From the NCBI GenBank assembly GCA_964016885.1, contig OZ024765.1, positions 18,848,001 through 18,912,000 of the forward strand: a DNA stretch of 64,000 nucleotides, in the 5' to 3' direction. The notes beneath the pieces are model-generated. The model saw nothing but the letters and a program-made list of their open reading frames with translations, did no database searches and had not been told where the DNA came from. The position numbers and the translations under genes are program-made. Of the stretch, positions 33,351-47,216 are shown in pieces. The stretch's first letter is position 1. Every line of letters begins with the position of its first letter. This DNA is from Eledone cirrhosa. Taxonomy: Eukaryota.

Positions 33351-35607
33351 CTTTCTAGTAACAACACTAAGAAACACATGAACGCCACCACGTCCTAAAT
33401 CTAACTCTGCGATCGTCATATCAAATCGAAATACTTCACCAACTGTGGAAGATGAAGGATTGAAGAACTATGATATATAGCGAAGAGGCTTGTCTCCAGA
33501 ACATTTAGTAAGGTGTAAGCCAAGGGTTGCCAAATATTTTGGCGTCATTTCCCACATTCACATGAAAAAATGTTCCACCAGCCACCTGTATAGTAAATAT
33601 TCCAAAGTATACCAAATATGTTTCGTAAATGTTTGTTCCTGGTTTAATTTTCCCAATTAGCTTCCTGATTTTTATTCAGGTTCTTTGCATATATTCCTTG
33701 AATAGGTTTTCGGGTAGCATACCTTCTTAAATCTCAAAATTCTATATCGGCCACCAAAGTTTCCAATGGCCCTCAATTTTCTGTTCAGCTGCTCATCCCC
33801 CACCCAACAGTTGAAACCGCCCAGTTGAGGAACCCCTGTGGGTAAGCTACCTCGAATGATGCTATATATTAATGGAGAGGAGGAGGTGACTATTATAATT
33901 TTTATAAGTAATAATCTTTTAAAGACAAGAGGAAATTTCATCATTAATATCATAAATATATGTCTACAGAATACAGATTATCAAAATGAAATTAAAAGCA
34001 AGTAAATCAGGGGCCACTAAACTTTACATATTTAGTTTTATTTCTATCGTGAAAAATGTTGATCTTCAGATATTAGATTATGGCGGCTGTAATGGTCTTT
34101 GTGTTTACGTGTTTGTTTGAAATCCTATGTTAATGTTCGTCTCTCTTTAAACATCGTTTATAGTTTGTTAAAATTAATTTTAGATTATTCGTACCTCGTC
34201 TGTGTGGTTTATTTTGATGTAGCGTCCCTGTCTTGTTTATTTTTGGTTACATTTTAAATGTGAAATACAGGAACATCAGACATTAAAATGAAATGTTACG
34301 TAAAACACACACCTTGTGTTTATTCCAGGTATTTAGATAGATGTCCAGATGTCCACTGACAACAAAATAATACAATCATCCAGTGAAACTTGGTAATAAT
34401 CCAGGTTCGTTGCAGTCACCATTCACAGTAAACAATGGTTAGAAACAATCAAAAACAAAAACAAAAGACGTATTCAGCAGTTAATGAAGTGAAAACAAAA
34501 TAAAAACAACTTTACTGAATAAAATTCATTTCTTAATTTCAATAAGGTTTTTGTTCTTTCTTTTATAAAAAAAAAAAATTTTAATTAAAATATGTTGAAT
34601 ATAATATGGGACATTACTACAACGTACAACATTATTAGTTCAAATCTTACTTAATAAAAGCAACAAATACGCAGTTATTAGTATAAAACCTAACGGAAAT
34701 CGAACCCTAAATCAGGATCTCCACCGTCTCTAGCGCTTACCATTAGGCCACAGGGACGGTTACAAAAATGCATTGAAAATTAATATTTACTTACCTATAC
34801 TAGAAAAAACCGGAAGTGGAGAAAATTGAAAAACTTCTTCTTTTTCTTCCTCTGATTTTTGCCACGAACGATAACTCGTCTCTGACTTAAATCCAAATTT
34901 TGGTTAAAAAAAAATCAGAGGAAGAAAAAGAAGATGTTTTTCAATTTTCTCCACTTCCGGTTTTTTCTAGTAATGAAAAAGTAGGTTTATAAATATCAAT
35001 TTTCAGTAAGTTTCTGTAACCGTCACTTTAGCCTAGTGGTAAGTATAAGAGCCGGTGGAGGTCCAGGTCCGGGGTTCAATCACTGGCAGTGTGTTGTATT
35101 ATATTTTTTATAGTATAAAACAAAAATAAAAAAGTAACTTTATAAATATTAATTTTCACACTGTTTTTATATCTGTCTCCGTGGCCTAATGGTAGGTATT
35201 AGAGACGGTGGAGAACCTGCTCTGGGTTTCGATTTCAGTCAAAGTCTATAGATAATAATTTCATTTTTTACTTTACTAGAGAAAAATTTAAATTTAAAAA
35301 TATATAGTACAGATTCGGACTGAGATTGAACACCACATCAGTGTCTACATAGTCTCTAACAGATACAAGAACATAAGAAACAATTTATATTTATAAACCT
35401 ACTTTCAATTTTCAAGCAAAATAGATGTGCTGGCGTTCATGGCTTTCTCATTGTTATTTCTACTATAATCGGGTCAATGTTTACATTTATTCTTCTGGGG
35501 CTTTCATAAAATATATTTTCACTTTCTTTCGGGTTCATTAGATCCTACAACCAGATGATCTACAGGGACCTTCTTCATGGTCATAGCTGATTATTAAATA
35601 TATACGG

Positions 35608-35618
35608 GAGAGAGAGAG

Positions 35619-35671
<53 letters not shown>
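35608..35671. repeat. Expanded (GA)n(GT)n microsatellite in unit 8; similar expansions in units 9 (~40239) and 10 (~44856), short (GT)n in the other units
   Basis: Directly visible after tacggga in each unit. Confidence 0.95.
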
Positions 35672-35673
<2 letters not shown>

Positions 35674-36364
35674 GATCTTGCCGTGATGTACTCAGCAATA
35701 ATGGTTTTCAATTCCGTCGTCCCTCCATCCTTGGTGTGTATATAAATATATATGTGATTTTAACGTACAACGGCGACAATATATAAATCTGTTTTGTTTG
35801 ATAATAATTAAATAAAGCTAATTCTACAACCCCTGTTAAACATTGAAACCACGACTATAAAATATAGCAACAACCACGACATAACAGTCTCTGGTTAAAT
35901 ATGATTTAATGAAATTATTGCTAGAGATTGATCCCTAATATTTTATCTCACTCCTTAACCAGGGAGGAAAGGTCCTCAGACTCGGACAATGTTGATAAGG
36001 AGAGCAGAGTGTATCCTTATTTGTCACGTCTTTCCAGTTGTCACGGTATATAAAAGGCAGTAGTACTAGTCACTCCTGCGAAAGACGTTGTCAGTTAGCC
36101 TTCTGTAACGAGAGAAGAAGGTCGTGGCTTTTTTTTTCCTCCCTATCACATAATTCGTACATTTGTCATCCTTTAGATATCAATATACAAGAGAAAGAAG
36201 AAAATTGAGAACTTCGGTCTTTTAAAAGTAACATTTATTACATTAGAGCAAAATCTTGCATTAACAATATTTTGTGAGACTAAACATGGAATGGACAAAG
36301 AGATTATTAGAAGAAGGGCAATTGTCTCTATCTTAAACGTCAATACATTCTACAGAAAATCGAA

Positions 36365-36427
36365 ATGAGAATAATTACAGAGATACTTTACAAAATGTTT
36401 CGCGATATGGTTCAAGTTATTTTGTAG
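36365..36427 (+). CDS. Candidate micropeptide copy, unit 8
   Basis: Same peptide. Confidence 0.38.
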   Translation: MRIITEILYKMFRDMVQVIL

Positions 36428-37269
36428 TAATATGCAGCTATATTTATACATGTCTCTTATACCCCCTCCACGAGGAATTGTGAATATGTATGAATATGAT
36501 TTTAAAGATGGCTAAACATGTTGAAGAAAAAAAAGGAATTCAGATGATAGGAATAATAAAACATTCCTTTGCCTAGCTAAATGTCGAGAGGTCTAAAACA
36601 CTAGTTGAATGATATGTGTGATACGACCTAGAATATTGTTTTGAGGCACGGAGAAGCTATTGAAGGAATCCAGAGAAGAACAAAACAGAAAACACCAGAA
36701 TTATTAAGAAATATGTCTTCTGAAGAAAGATGTTAAACTTTAGGGATTGCAAATTTAGAGGAGATAAATCTAAGAGGGTGGGGGGACATGATAGAAATAT
36801 ATATTTAAAGGACTAATATTTAAATAGTAGTAGTACACTATTCCAATGTAAAGCTCTGAATAACTATATCTTTCGGGGAGATATATCAAACGAGTGACAT
36901 GATAGAAATATTTAAAATAATGAAAAGACTACAATATACAGTATTGCAGAAGTAAATGAAAATATAAGACATCACCATTGAACTGCAGATGAAAGTCAGT
37001 ACTCTTTACATTTATCCCAGGTATATAAAAAGCTAGCCTGATGTCCACTGATTGAAATATAAAACAATAAAGAAACACCACAATCCAGTAAACGTTAGTA
37101 ATAATCCAATTAAGCCGCCATTTACAGTAGAAAATAGTAAGAAAAACAGTCACACTCAGAAGTTACTGCAGTGAAAACAAAAAAAATATTATTAATAAAT
37201 AATAATAATTTCATTTCATATTATCATTAAATTGTTTGTCTATTTTTATTGTAAACATAAAATATACTA

Positions 37270-37300
<31 letters not shown>

Positions 37301-37958
37301 TTCATACATATACATCGATACATTCTGTGAGTATGTCTTACTTAGGCAAAAGTCAAGTATTTTGCGGGGAGGAACCAATCCGTTAAATTGATCCCAGTAC
37401 ATGACTGGTACTATAAGTTATATGCTCCAAAATCATAAAATGATGGGTTAATCTAAACACTGAGAACACAAAGGTGGGGTAAAATTATTTAAAAATTGAG
37501 GTTTTAATATTTTATCTTTTATTTACAAATTATATGTCTTGGTGTCATATTTAAGGATATAATGTAGTTATTGGTGGAAATAATATAATATGTGATGAAG
37601 AGGTGTATATAACTGTGGATATAGAATTGTTTTAATCATTATTTTTAACGGACGAAAAAACTACATAATGACTTCTAGTCGGAGTTACGGGAAATTACGG
37701 CAAAGACCCTCCATGAAGGTTCAAATATTACACATTATCTATATATAGGAATCAGGCTAAACAATTTACGGGAACGTCGCTCTAAGTTGGAATATTTTTA
37801 ACACACACAGACACGGGAGTTAGGTATTGCATATTTCAAATAAGAGAACATTATTAAAGACGGAGTCATTGTAGGTTCAAATCATTGTTAGACCGATCAG
37901 AAAGAAAATGGATATTTAATTCATGAAAAAACCTGAAGTGTGAAAGACAGAGTCGACC

Positions 37959-40255
37959 CTTTCTAGTAACAACACTAAGAAACACATGAACGCCACCACG
38001 TCCTAAATCTAACTCTGCGATCGTCATATCAAATCGAAATACTTCACCAACTGTGGAAGATGAAGGATTGAAGAACTATGATATATAGCGAAGAGGCTTG
38101 TCTCCAGAACATTTAGTAAGGTGTAAGCCAAGGGTTGCCAAATATTTTGGCGTCATTTCCCACATTCACATGAAAAAATGTTCCACCAGCCACCTGTATA
38201 GTAAATATTCCAAAGTATACCAAATATGTTTCGTAAATGTTTGTTCCTGGTTTAATTTTCCCAATTAGCTTCCTGATTTTTATTCAGGTTCTTTGCATAT
38301 ATTCCTTGAATAGGTTTTCGGGTAGCATACCTTCTTAAATCTCAAAATTCTATATCGGCCACCAAAGTTTCCAATGGCCCTCAATTTTCTGTTCAGCTGC
38401 TCATCCCCCACCCAACAGTTGAAACCGCCCAGTTGAGGAACCCCTGTGGGTAAGCTACCTCGAATGATGCTATATATTAATGGAGAGGAGGAGGTGACTA
38501 TTATAATTTTTATAAGTAATAATCTTTTAAAGACAAGAGGAAATTTCATCATTAATATCATAAATATATGTCTACAGAATACAGATTATCAAAATGAAAT
38601 TAAAAGCAAGTAAATCAGGGGCCACTAAACTTTACATATTTAGTTTTATTTCTATCGTGAAAAATGTTGATCTTCAGATATTAGATTATGGCGGCTGTAA
38701 TTGTCTTTGTGTTTACGTGTTTGTTTGAAATCCTATGTTAATGTTCGTCTCTCTTTAAACATCGTTTATAGTTTGTTAAAATTAATTTTAGATTATTCGT
38801 ACCTCGTCTGTGTGGTTTATTTTGATGTAGCGTCCCTGTCTTGTTTATTTTTGGTTACATTTTAAATGTGAAATACAGGAACATCAGACATTAAAATGAA
38901 ATGTTACGTAAAACACACACCTTGTGTTTATTCCAGGTATTTAGATAGATGTCCAGATGTCCACTGACAACAAAATAATACAATCATCCAGTGAAACTTG
39001 GTAATAATCCAGGTTCGTTGCAGTCACCATTCACAGTAAACAATGGTTAGAAAGAATCAAAAACAAAAACAAAAGACGTATTCAGCAGTTAATGAAGTTA
39101 AAACAAAATAAAAACAACTTTACTGAATAAAATTCATTTCTTAATTTCAATAAGGTTTTTGTTCTTTCTTTTATAAAAAAAAAAAATTTTAATTAAAATA
39201 TGTTGAATATAATATGGGACATTACTACAACGTACAACATTATTAGTTCAAATCTTACTTAATAAAAGCAACAAATACGCAGTTATTAGTATAAAACCTA
39301 ACGGAAATCGAACCCTAAATCAGGATCTCCACCGTCTCTAGCGCTTACCATTAGGCCACAGGGACGGTTACAAAAATGCATTGAAAATTAATATTTACTT
39401 ACCTATACTAGAAAAAACCGGAAGTGGAGAAAATTGAAAAACTTCTTCTTTTTCTTCCTCTGATTTTTGCCACGAACGATAACTCGTCTCTGACTTAAAT
39501 CCAAATTTTGGTTAAAAAAAAATCAGAGGAAGAAAAAGAAGATGTTTTTCAATTTTCTCCACTTCCGGATTTTTCTAGTAATGAAAAAGTAGGTTTATAA
39601 ATATCAATTTTCAGTAAGTTTCTGTAACCGTCACTTTAGCCTAGTGGTAAGTATAAGAGCCGGTGGAGGTCCAGGTCCGGGGTTCAATCACTGGCAGTGT
39701 GTCGTATTATATTTTTTATAGTATAAAACAAAAATAAAAAAGTAACTTTATAAATATTAATTTTCACACTGTTTTTATATCTGTCTCCGTGGCCTAATGG
39801 TAGGTATTAGAGACGGTGGAGAACCTGCTCTGGGTTTCGATTTCAGTCAAAGTCTATAGATAATAATTTCATTTTTTACTTTACTAGAGAAAAATTTAAA
39901 TTTAAAAATATATAGTACAGATTCGGACTGAGATTGAACACCACATCAGTGTCTACATAGTCTCTAACACCTACCATTAGGCCAACGAAACAGATACAAG
40001 AACATAAGAAACAATTTATATTTATAAACCTACTTTCAATTTTCAAGCAAAATAGATGTGCTGGCGTTCATGGCTTTCTCATTGTTATTTCTACTATAAT
40101 CGGGTCAATGTTTACATTTATTCTTCTGGGGCTTTCATAAAATATATTTTCACTTTCTTTCGGGTTCATTAGATCCTACAACCAGATGATCTACAGGGAC
40201 CTTCTTCATGGTCATAGCTGATTATTAAATATATACGGGAGAGAGAGAGAGAGAG

Positions 40256-40298
<43 letters not shown>

Positions 40299-42573
40299 GA
40301 TCTTGCCGTGATGTACTCAGCAATAATGGTTTTCAATTCCGTCGTCCCTCCATCCTTGGTGTGTATATAAATATATATGTGATTTTAACGTACAACGGCG
40401 ACAATATATAAATCTGTTTTGTTTGATAATAATTAAATAAAGCTAATTCTACAACCCCTGTTAAACATTGAAACCACGACTATAAAATATAGCAACAACC
40501 ACGACATAACAGTCTCTGGTTAAATATGATTTAATGAAATTATTGCTAGAGATTGATCCCTAATATTTTATCTCCCTCCTTAACCAGGGAGGAAAGGTCC
40601 TCAGACTCGGACAATGTTGATAAGGAGAGCAGAGTGTATCCTTATTTGTCACGTCTTTCCAGTTGTCACGGTATATAAAAGGCAGTAGTACTAGTCACTC
40701 CTGCGAAAGACGTTGTCAGTTAGCCTTCTGTAACGAGAGAAGAAGGTCGTGGCTTTTTTTCCTCCCTATCACATAATTCGTACATTTGTCATCCTTTAGA
40801 TATCAATATACAAGAGAAAGAAGAAAATTGAGAACTTCGGTCTTTTAAAAGTAACATTTATTACATTAGAGCAAAATCTTGCATTAACAATATTTTGTGA
40901 GACTAAACATGGAATGGACAAAGAGATTATTAGAAGAAGGGCAATTGTCTCTATCGTAAACGTCAATACATTCTACAGAAAATCGAAATGAGAATAATTA
41001 CAGAGATACTTTACAAAATGTTTCGCGATATGGTTCAAGTTATTTTGTAGTAATATGCAGCTATATTTATACATGTCTCTTATACCCCCTCCACGTGGAA
41101 TTGTGAATATGTATGAATATGATTTTAAAGATGGCTAAACATGTTGAAGAAAAAAAAGGAATTCAGATGATAGGAATAATAAAACATTCCTTTGCCTAGC
41201 TAAATGTCGAGAGGTCTAAAACACTAGTTGAATGATATGTGTGATACGACCTAGAATATTGTTTTGAGGCACGGAGAAGCTATTGAAGGAATCCAGAGAA
41301 GAACAAAACAGAAAACACCAGAATTATTAAGAAATATGTCTTCTGAAGAAAGATGTTAAACTTTAGGGATTGCAAATTTAGAGGAGATAAATCTAAGAGG
41401 GTGGGGGGACATGATAGAAATATATATTTAAAGGACTAATATTTAAATAGTAGTAGTACACTATTCCAATGTAAAGCTCTGAATAACTATATCTTTCGGG
41501 GAGATATATCAAACGAGTGACATGATAGAAATATTTAAAATAATGAAAAGACTACAATATACAGTATTGCAGAAGTAAATGAAAATATAAGACATCACCA
41601 TTGAACTGCAGATGAAAGTCAGTACTCTTTACATTTATCCCAGGTATATAGAAAGCTAGCCTGATGTCCACTGATTGAAATATAAAACAATAAAGAAACA
41701 CCACAATCCAGTAAACGTTAGTAATAATCCAATTAAGCCGCCATTTACAGTAGAAAATAGTAAGAAAAACAGTCACACTCAGAAGTTACTGCAGTGAAAA
41801 CAATAAAAATATTATTAATAAATAATAATAATTTCATTTCATATTATCATTAAATTGTTTGTCTATTTTTATTGTAAACATAAAATATACTAATATATAT
41901 ATATATATATATACATTCATACATATACATCGATACATTCTGTGAGTATGTCTTACTTAGGCAAAAGTCAAGTATTTTGCGGGGAGGAACCAATCCGTTA
42001 AATTGATCCCAGTACATGACTGGTACTATAAGTTATATGCTCCAAAATCATAAAATGATGGGTTAATCTAAACACTGAGAACACAAAGGTGGGGTAAAAT
42101 TATTTAAAAATTGAGGTTTTAATATTTTATCTTTTATTTACAAATTATATGTCTTGGTGTCATATTTAAGGATATAATGTAGTTATTGGTGGAAATAATA
42201 TAATATGTGATGAAGAGGTGTATATAACTGTGGATATAGAATTGTTTTAATCATTATTTTTAACGGACGAAAAAACTACATAATGACTTCTAGTCGGAGT
42301 TACGGGAAATTACGGCAAAGACCCTCCATGAAGGTTCAAATATTACACATTATCTATATATAGGAATCAGGCTAAACAATTTACGGGAACGTCGCTCTAA
42401 GTTGGAATATTTTTAACACACACAGACACGGGAGTTAGGTATTGCATATTTCAAATAAGAGAACATTATTAAAGACGGAGTCATTGTAGGTTCAAATCAT
42501 TGTTAGACCGATCAGAAAGAAAATGGATATTTAATTCATGAAAAAACCTGAAGTGTGAAAGACAGAGTCGACC
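37959..42573 (+). repeat. Array unit 9, 4615 bp
   Basis: Between successive unit markers. Confidence 0.95.
40988..41050 (+). CDS. Candidate micropeptide copy, unit 9
   Basis: Same peptide. Confidence 0.38.
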   Translation: MRIITEILYKMFRDMVQVIL

Positions 42574-44866
42574 CTTTCTAGTAACAACACTAAGAAACAC
42601 ATGAACGCCACCACGTCCTAAATCTAACTCTGCGATCGTCATATCAAATCGAAATACTTCACCAACTGTGGAAGATGAAGGATTGAAGAACTATGATATA
42701 TAGCGAAGAGGCTTGTCTCCAGAACATTTAGTAAGGTGTAAGCCAAGGGTTGCCAAATATTTTGGCGTCATTTCCCACATTCACATGAAAAAATGTTCCA
42801 CCAGCCACCTGTATAGTAAATATTCCAAAGTATACCAAATATGTTTCGTAAATGTTTGTTCCTGGTTTAATTTTCCCAATTAGCTTCCTGATTTTTATTC
42901 AGGTTCTTTGCATATATTCCTTGAATAGGTTTTCGGGTAGCATACCTTCTTAAATCTCAAAATTCTATATCGGCCACCAAAGTTTCCAATGGCCCTCAAT
43001 TTTCTGTTCAGCTGCTCATCCCCCACCCAACAGTTGAAACCGCCCAGTTGAGGAACCCCTGTGGGTAAGCTACCTCGAATGATGCTATATATTAATGGAG
43101 AGGAGGAGGTGACTATTATAATTTTTATAAGTAATAATCTTTTAAAGACAAGAGGAAATTTCATCATTAATATCATAAATATATGTCTACAGAATACAGA
43201 TTATCAAAATGAAATTAAAAGCAAGTAAATCAGGGGCCACTAAACTTTACATATTTAGTTTTATTTCTATCGTGAAAAATGTTGATCTTCAGATATTAGA
43301 TTATGGCGGCTGTAATTGTCTTTGTGTTTACGTGTTTGTTTGAAATCCTATGTTAATGTTCGTCTCTCTTTAAACATCGTTTATAGTTTGTTAAAATTAA
43401 TTTTAGATTATTCGTACCTCGTCTGTGTGGTTTATTTTGATGTAGCGTCCCTGTCTTGTTTATTTTTGGTTACATTTTAAATGTGAAATACAGGAACATC
43501 AGACATTAAAATGAAATGTTACGTAAAACACACACCTTGTGTTTATTCCAGGTATTTAGATAGATGTCCAGATGTCCACTGACAACAAAATAATACAATC
43601 ATCCAGTGAAACTTGGTAATAATCCAGGTTCGTTGCAGTCACCATTCACAGTAAACAATGGTTAGAAAGAATCAAAAACAAAAACAAAAGACGTATTCAG
43701 CAGTTAATGAAGTGAAAACAAAATAAAAACAACTTTACTGAATAAAATTCATTTCTTAATTTCAATAAGGTTTTTGTTCTTTCTTTTATAAAAAAAAAAA
43801 ATTTTAATTAAAATATGTTGAATATAATATGGGACATTACTACAACGTACAACATTATTAGTTCAAATCTTACTTAATAAAAGCAACAAATACGCAGTTA
43901 TTAGTATAAAACCTAACGGAAATCGAACCCTAAATCAGGATCTCCACCGTCTCTAGCGCTTACCATTAGGCCACAGGGACGGTTACAAAAATGCATTGAA
44001 AATTAATATTTACTTACCTATACTAGAAAAAACCGGAAGTGGAGAAAATTGAAAAACTTCTTCTTTTTCTTCCTCTGATTTTTGCCACGAACGATAACTC
44101 GTCTCTGACTTAAATCCAAATTTTGGTTAAAAAAAAAATCAGAGGAAGAAAAAGAAGATGTTTTTCAATTTTCTCCACTTCCGGTTTTTTCTAGTAATGA
44201 AAAAGTAGGTTTATAAATATCAATTTTCAGTAAGTTTCTGTAACCGTCACTTTAGCCTAGTGGTAAGTATAAGAGCCGGTGGAGGTCCAGGTCCGGGGTT
44301 CAATCACTGGCAGTGTGTCGTATTATATTTTTTATAGTATAAAACAAAAATAAAAAAGTAACTTTATAAATATTAATTTTCACACTGTTTTTATATCTGT
44401 CTCCGTGGCCTAATGGTAGGTATTAGAGACGGTGGAGAACCTGCTCTGGGTTTCGATTTCAGTCAAAGTCTATAGATAATAATTTCATTTTTTACTTTAC
44501 TAGAGAAAAATTTAAATTTAAAAATATATAGTACAGATTCGGACTGAGATTGAACACCACATCAGTGTCTACATAGTCTCTAACACCTACCATTAGGCCA
44601 ACGAAACAGATACAAGAACATAAGAAACAATTTATATTTATAAATCCTACTTTCAATTTTCAAGCAAAATAGATGTGCTGGCGTTCATGGCTTTCTCATT
44701 GTTATTTCTACTATAATCGGGTCAATGTTTACATTTATTCTTCTGGGGCTTTCATAAAATATATTTTCACTTTCTTTCGGGTTCATTAGATCCTACAACC
44801 AGATGATCTACAGGGACCTTCTTCATGGTCATAGCTGATTATTAAATATATACGGGAGAGAGAGAG

Positions 44867-44935
<69 letters not shown>

Positions 44936-46528
44936 GATCTTGCCGTGATGTACTCAGCAATAATGGTTTTCAATTCCGTCGTCCCTCCATCCTTGGTGTG
45001 TATATAAATATATATGTGATTTTAACGTACAACGGCGACAATATATAAATCTGTTTTGTTTGATAATAATTAAATAAAGCTAATTCTACAACCCCTGTTA
45101 AACATTGAAACCACGACTATAAAATATAGCAACAACCACGACATAACAGTCTCTGGTTAAATATGATTTAATGAAATTATTGCTAGAGATTGATCCCTAA
45201 TATTTTATCTCACTCCTTAACCAGGGAGGAAAGGTCCTCAGACTCGGACAATGTTGATAAGGAGAGCAGAGTGTATCCTTATTTGTCACGTCTTTCCAGT
45301 TGTCACGGTATATAAAAGGCAGTAGTACTAGTCACTCCTGCGAAAGACGTTGTCAGTTAGCCTTCTGTAACGAGAGAAGAAGGTCGTGGCTTTTTTCCTC
45401 CCTATCACATAATTCATACATTTGTCATCCTTTAGATATCAATATACAAGAGAAAGAAGAAAATTGAGAACTTCGGTCTTTTAAAAGTAACATTTATTAC
45501 ATTAGAGCAAAATCTTGCATTAACAATATTTTGTGAGACTAAACATGGAATGGACAAAGAGATTATTAGAAGAAGGGCAATTGTCTCTATCTTAAACGTC
45601 AATACATTCTACAGAAAATCGAAATGAGAATAATTACAGAGATACTTTACAAAATGTTTCGCGATATGGTTCAAGTTATTTTGTAGTAATATGCAGCTAT
45701 ATTTATACATGTCTCTTATACCCCCTCCACGAGGAATTGTGAATATGTATGAATATGATTTTAAAGATGGCTAAACATGTTGAAGAAAAAAAAGGAATTC
45801 AGATGATAGGAATAATAAAACATTCCTTTGCCTAGCTAAATGTCGAGAGGTCTAAAACACTAGTTGAATGATATGTGTGATACGACCTAGAATATTGTTT
45901 TGAGGCACGGAGAAGCTATTGAAGGAATCCAGAGAAGAACAAAACAGAAAACACCAGAATTATTAAGAAATATGTCTTCTGAAGAAAGATGTTAAACTTT
46001 AGGGATTGCAAATTTAGAGGAGATAAATCTAAGAGGGTGGGGGGACATGATAGAAATATATATTTAAAGGACTAATATTTAAATAGTAGTAGTACACTAT
46101 TCCAATGTAAAGCTCTGAATAACTATATCTTTCGGGGAGATATATCAAACGAGTGACATGATAGAAATATTTAAAATAATGAAAAGACTACAATATACAG
46201 TATTGCAGAAGTAAATGAAAATATAAGACATCACCATTGAACTGCAGATGAAAGTCAGTACTCTTTACATTTATCCCAGGTATATAGAAAGCTAGCCTGA
46301 TGTCCACTGATTGAAATATAAAACAATAAAGAAACACCACAATCCAGTAAACGTTAGTAATAATCCAATTAAGCCGCCATTTACAGTAGAAAATAGTAAG
46401 AAAAACAGTCACACTCAGAAGTTACTGCAGTGAAAACAATAAAAATATTATTAATAAATAATAATAATTTCATTTCATATTATCATTAAATTGTTTGTCT
46501 ATTTTTATTGTAAACATAAAATATACTA

Positions 46529-46559
<31 letters not shown>

Positions 46560-47216
46560 TTCATACATATACATCGATACATTCTGTGAGTATGTCTTAC
46601 TTTGGCAAAAGTCAAGTATTTTGCGGGGAGGAACCAATCCGTTAAATTGATCCCAGTACATGACTGGTACTATAAGTTATATGTTCCAAAATCATAAAAT
46701 GATGGGTTAATCTAAACACTGAGAACACAAAGGTGGGGTAAAATTATTTAAAAATTGAGGTTTTAATATTTTATCTTTTATTTACAAATTATATGTCTTG
46801 GTGTCATATTTAAGGATATAATGTAGTTATTGGTGGAAATAATATAATTGTGATGAAGAGGTGTATATAACTGTGGATATAGAATTGTTTTAATCATTAT
46901 TTTTAACGGACGAAAAAACTACATAATGACTTCTAGTCGGAGTTACGGGAAATTACAGCAAAGACCCTCCATGAAGGTTCAAATATTACACATTATCTAT
47001 ATATAGGAATCAGGCTAAACAATTTACGGGCACGTCGCTCTAAGTTGGAATATTTTTAACACACACAGACACGGGAGTTAGGTATGGCATATTTCAAATA
47101 AGAGAACATTATTACAGACGGAGTCATTGTAGGTTCAAATCATTGTTAGACCGATCAGAAAGAAAATGGATATTTAATTCATGAAAAAACCTGAAGTGTA
47201 AAAGACAGAGTCGACC
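42574..47216 (+). repeat. Array unit 10, 4643 bp
   Basis: Between successive unit markers. Confidence 0.95.
45624..45686 (+). CDS. Candidate micropeptide copy, unit 10
   Basis: Same peptide. Confidence 0.38.
   Translation: MRIITEILYKMFRDMVQVIL

Larger units (their letters stand above)
33351..37958 (+). repeat. Array unit 8, 4608 bp
   Basis: Between successive unit markers. Confidence 0.95.
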
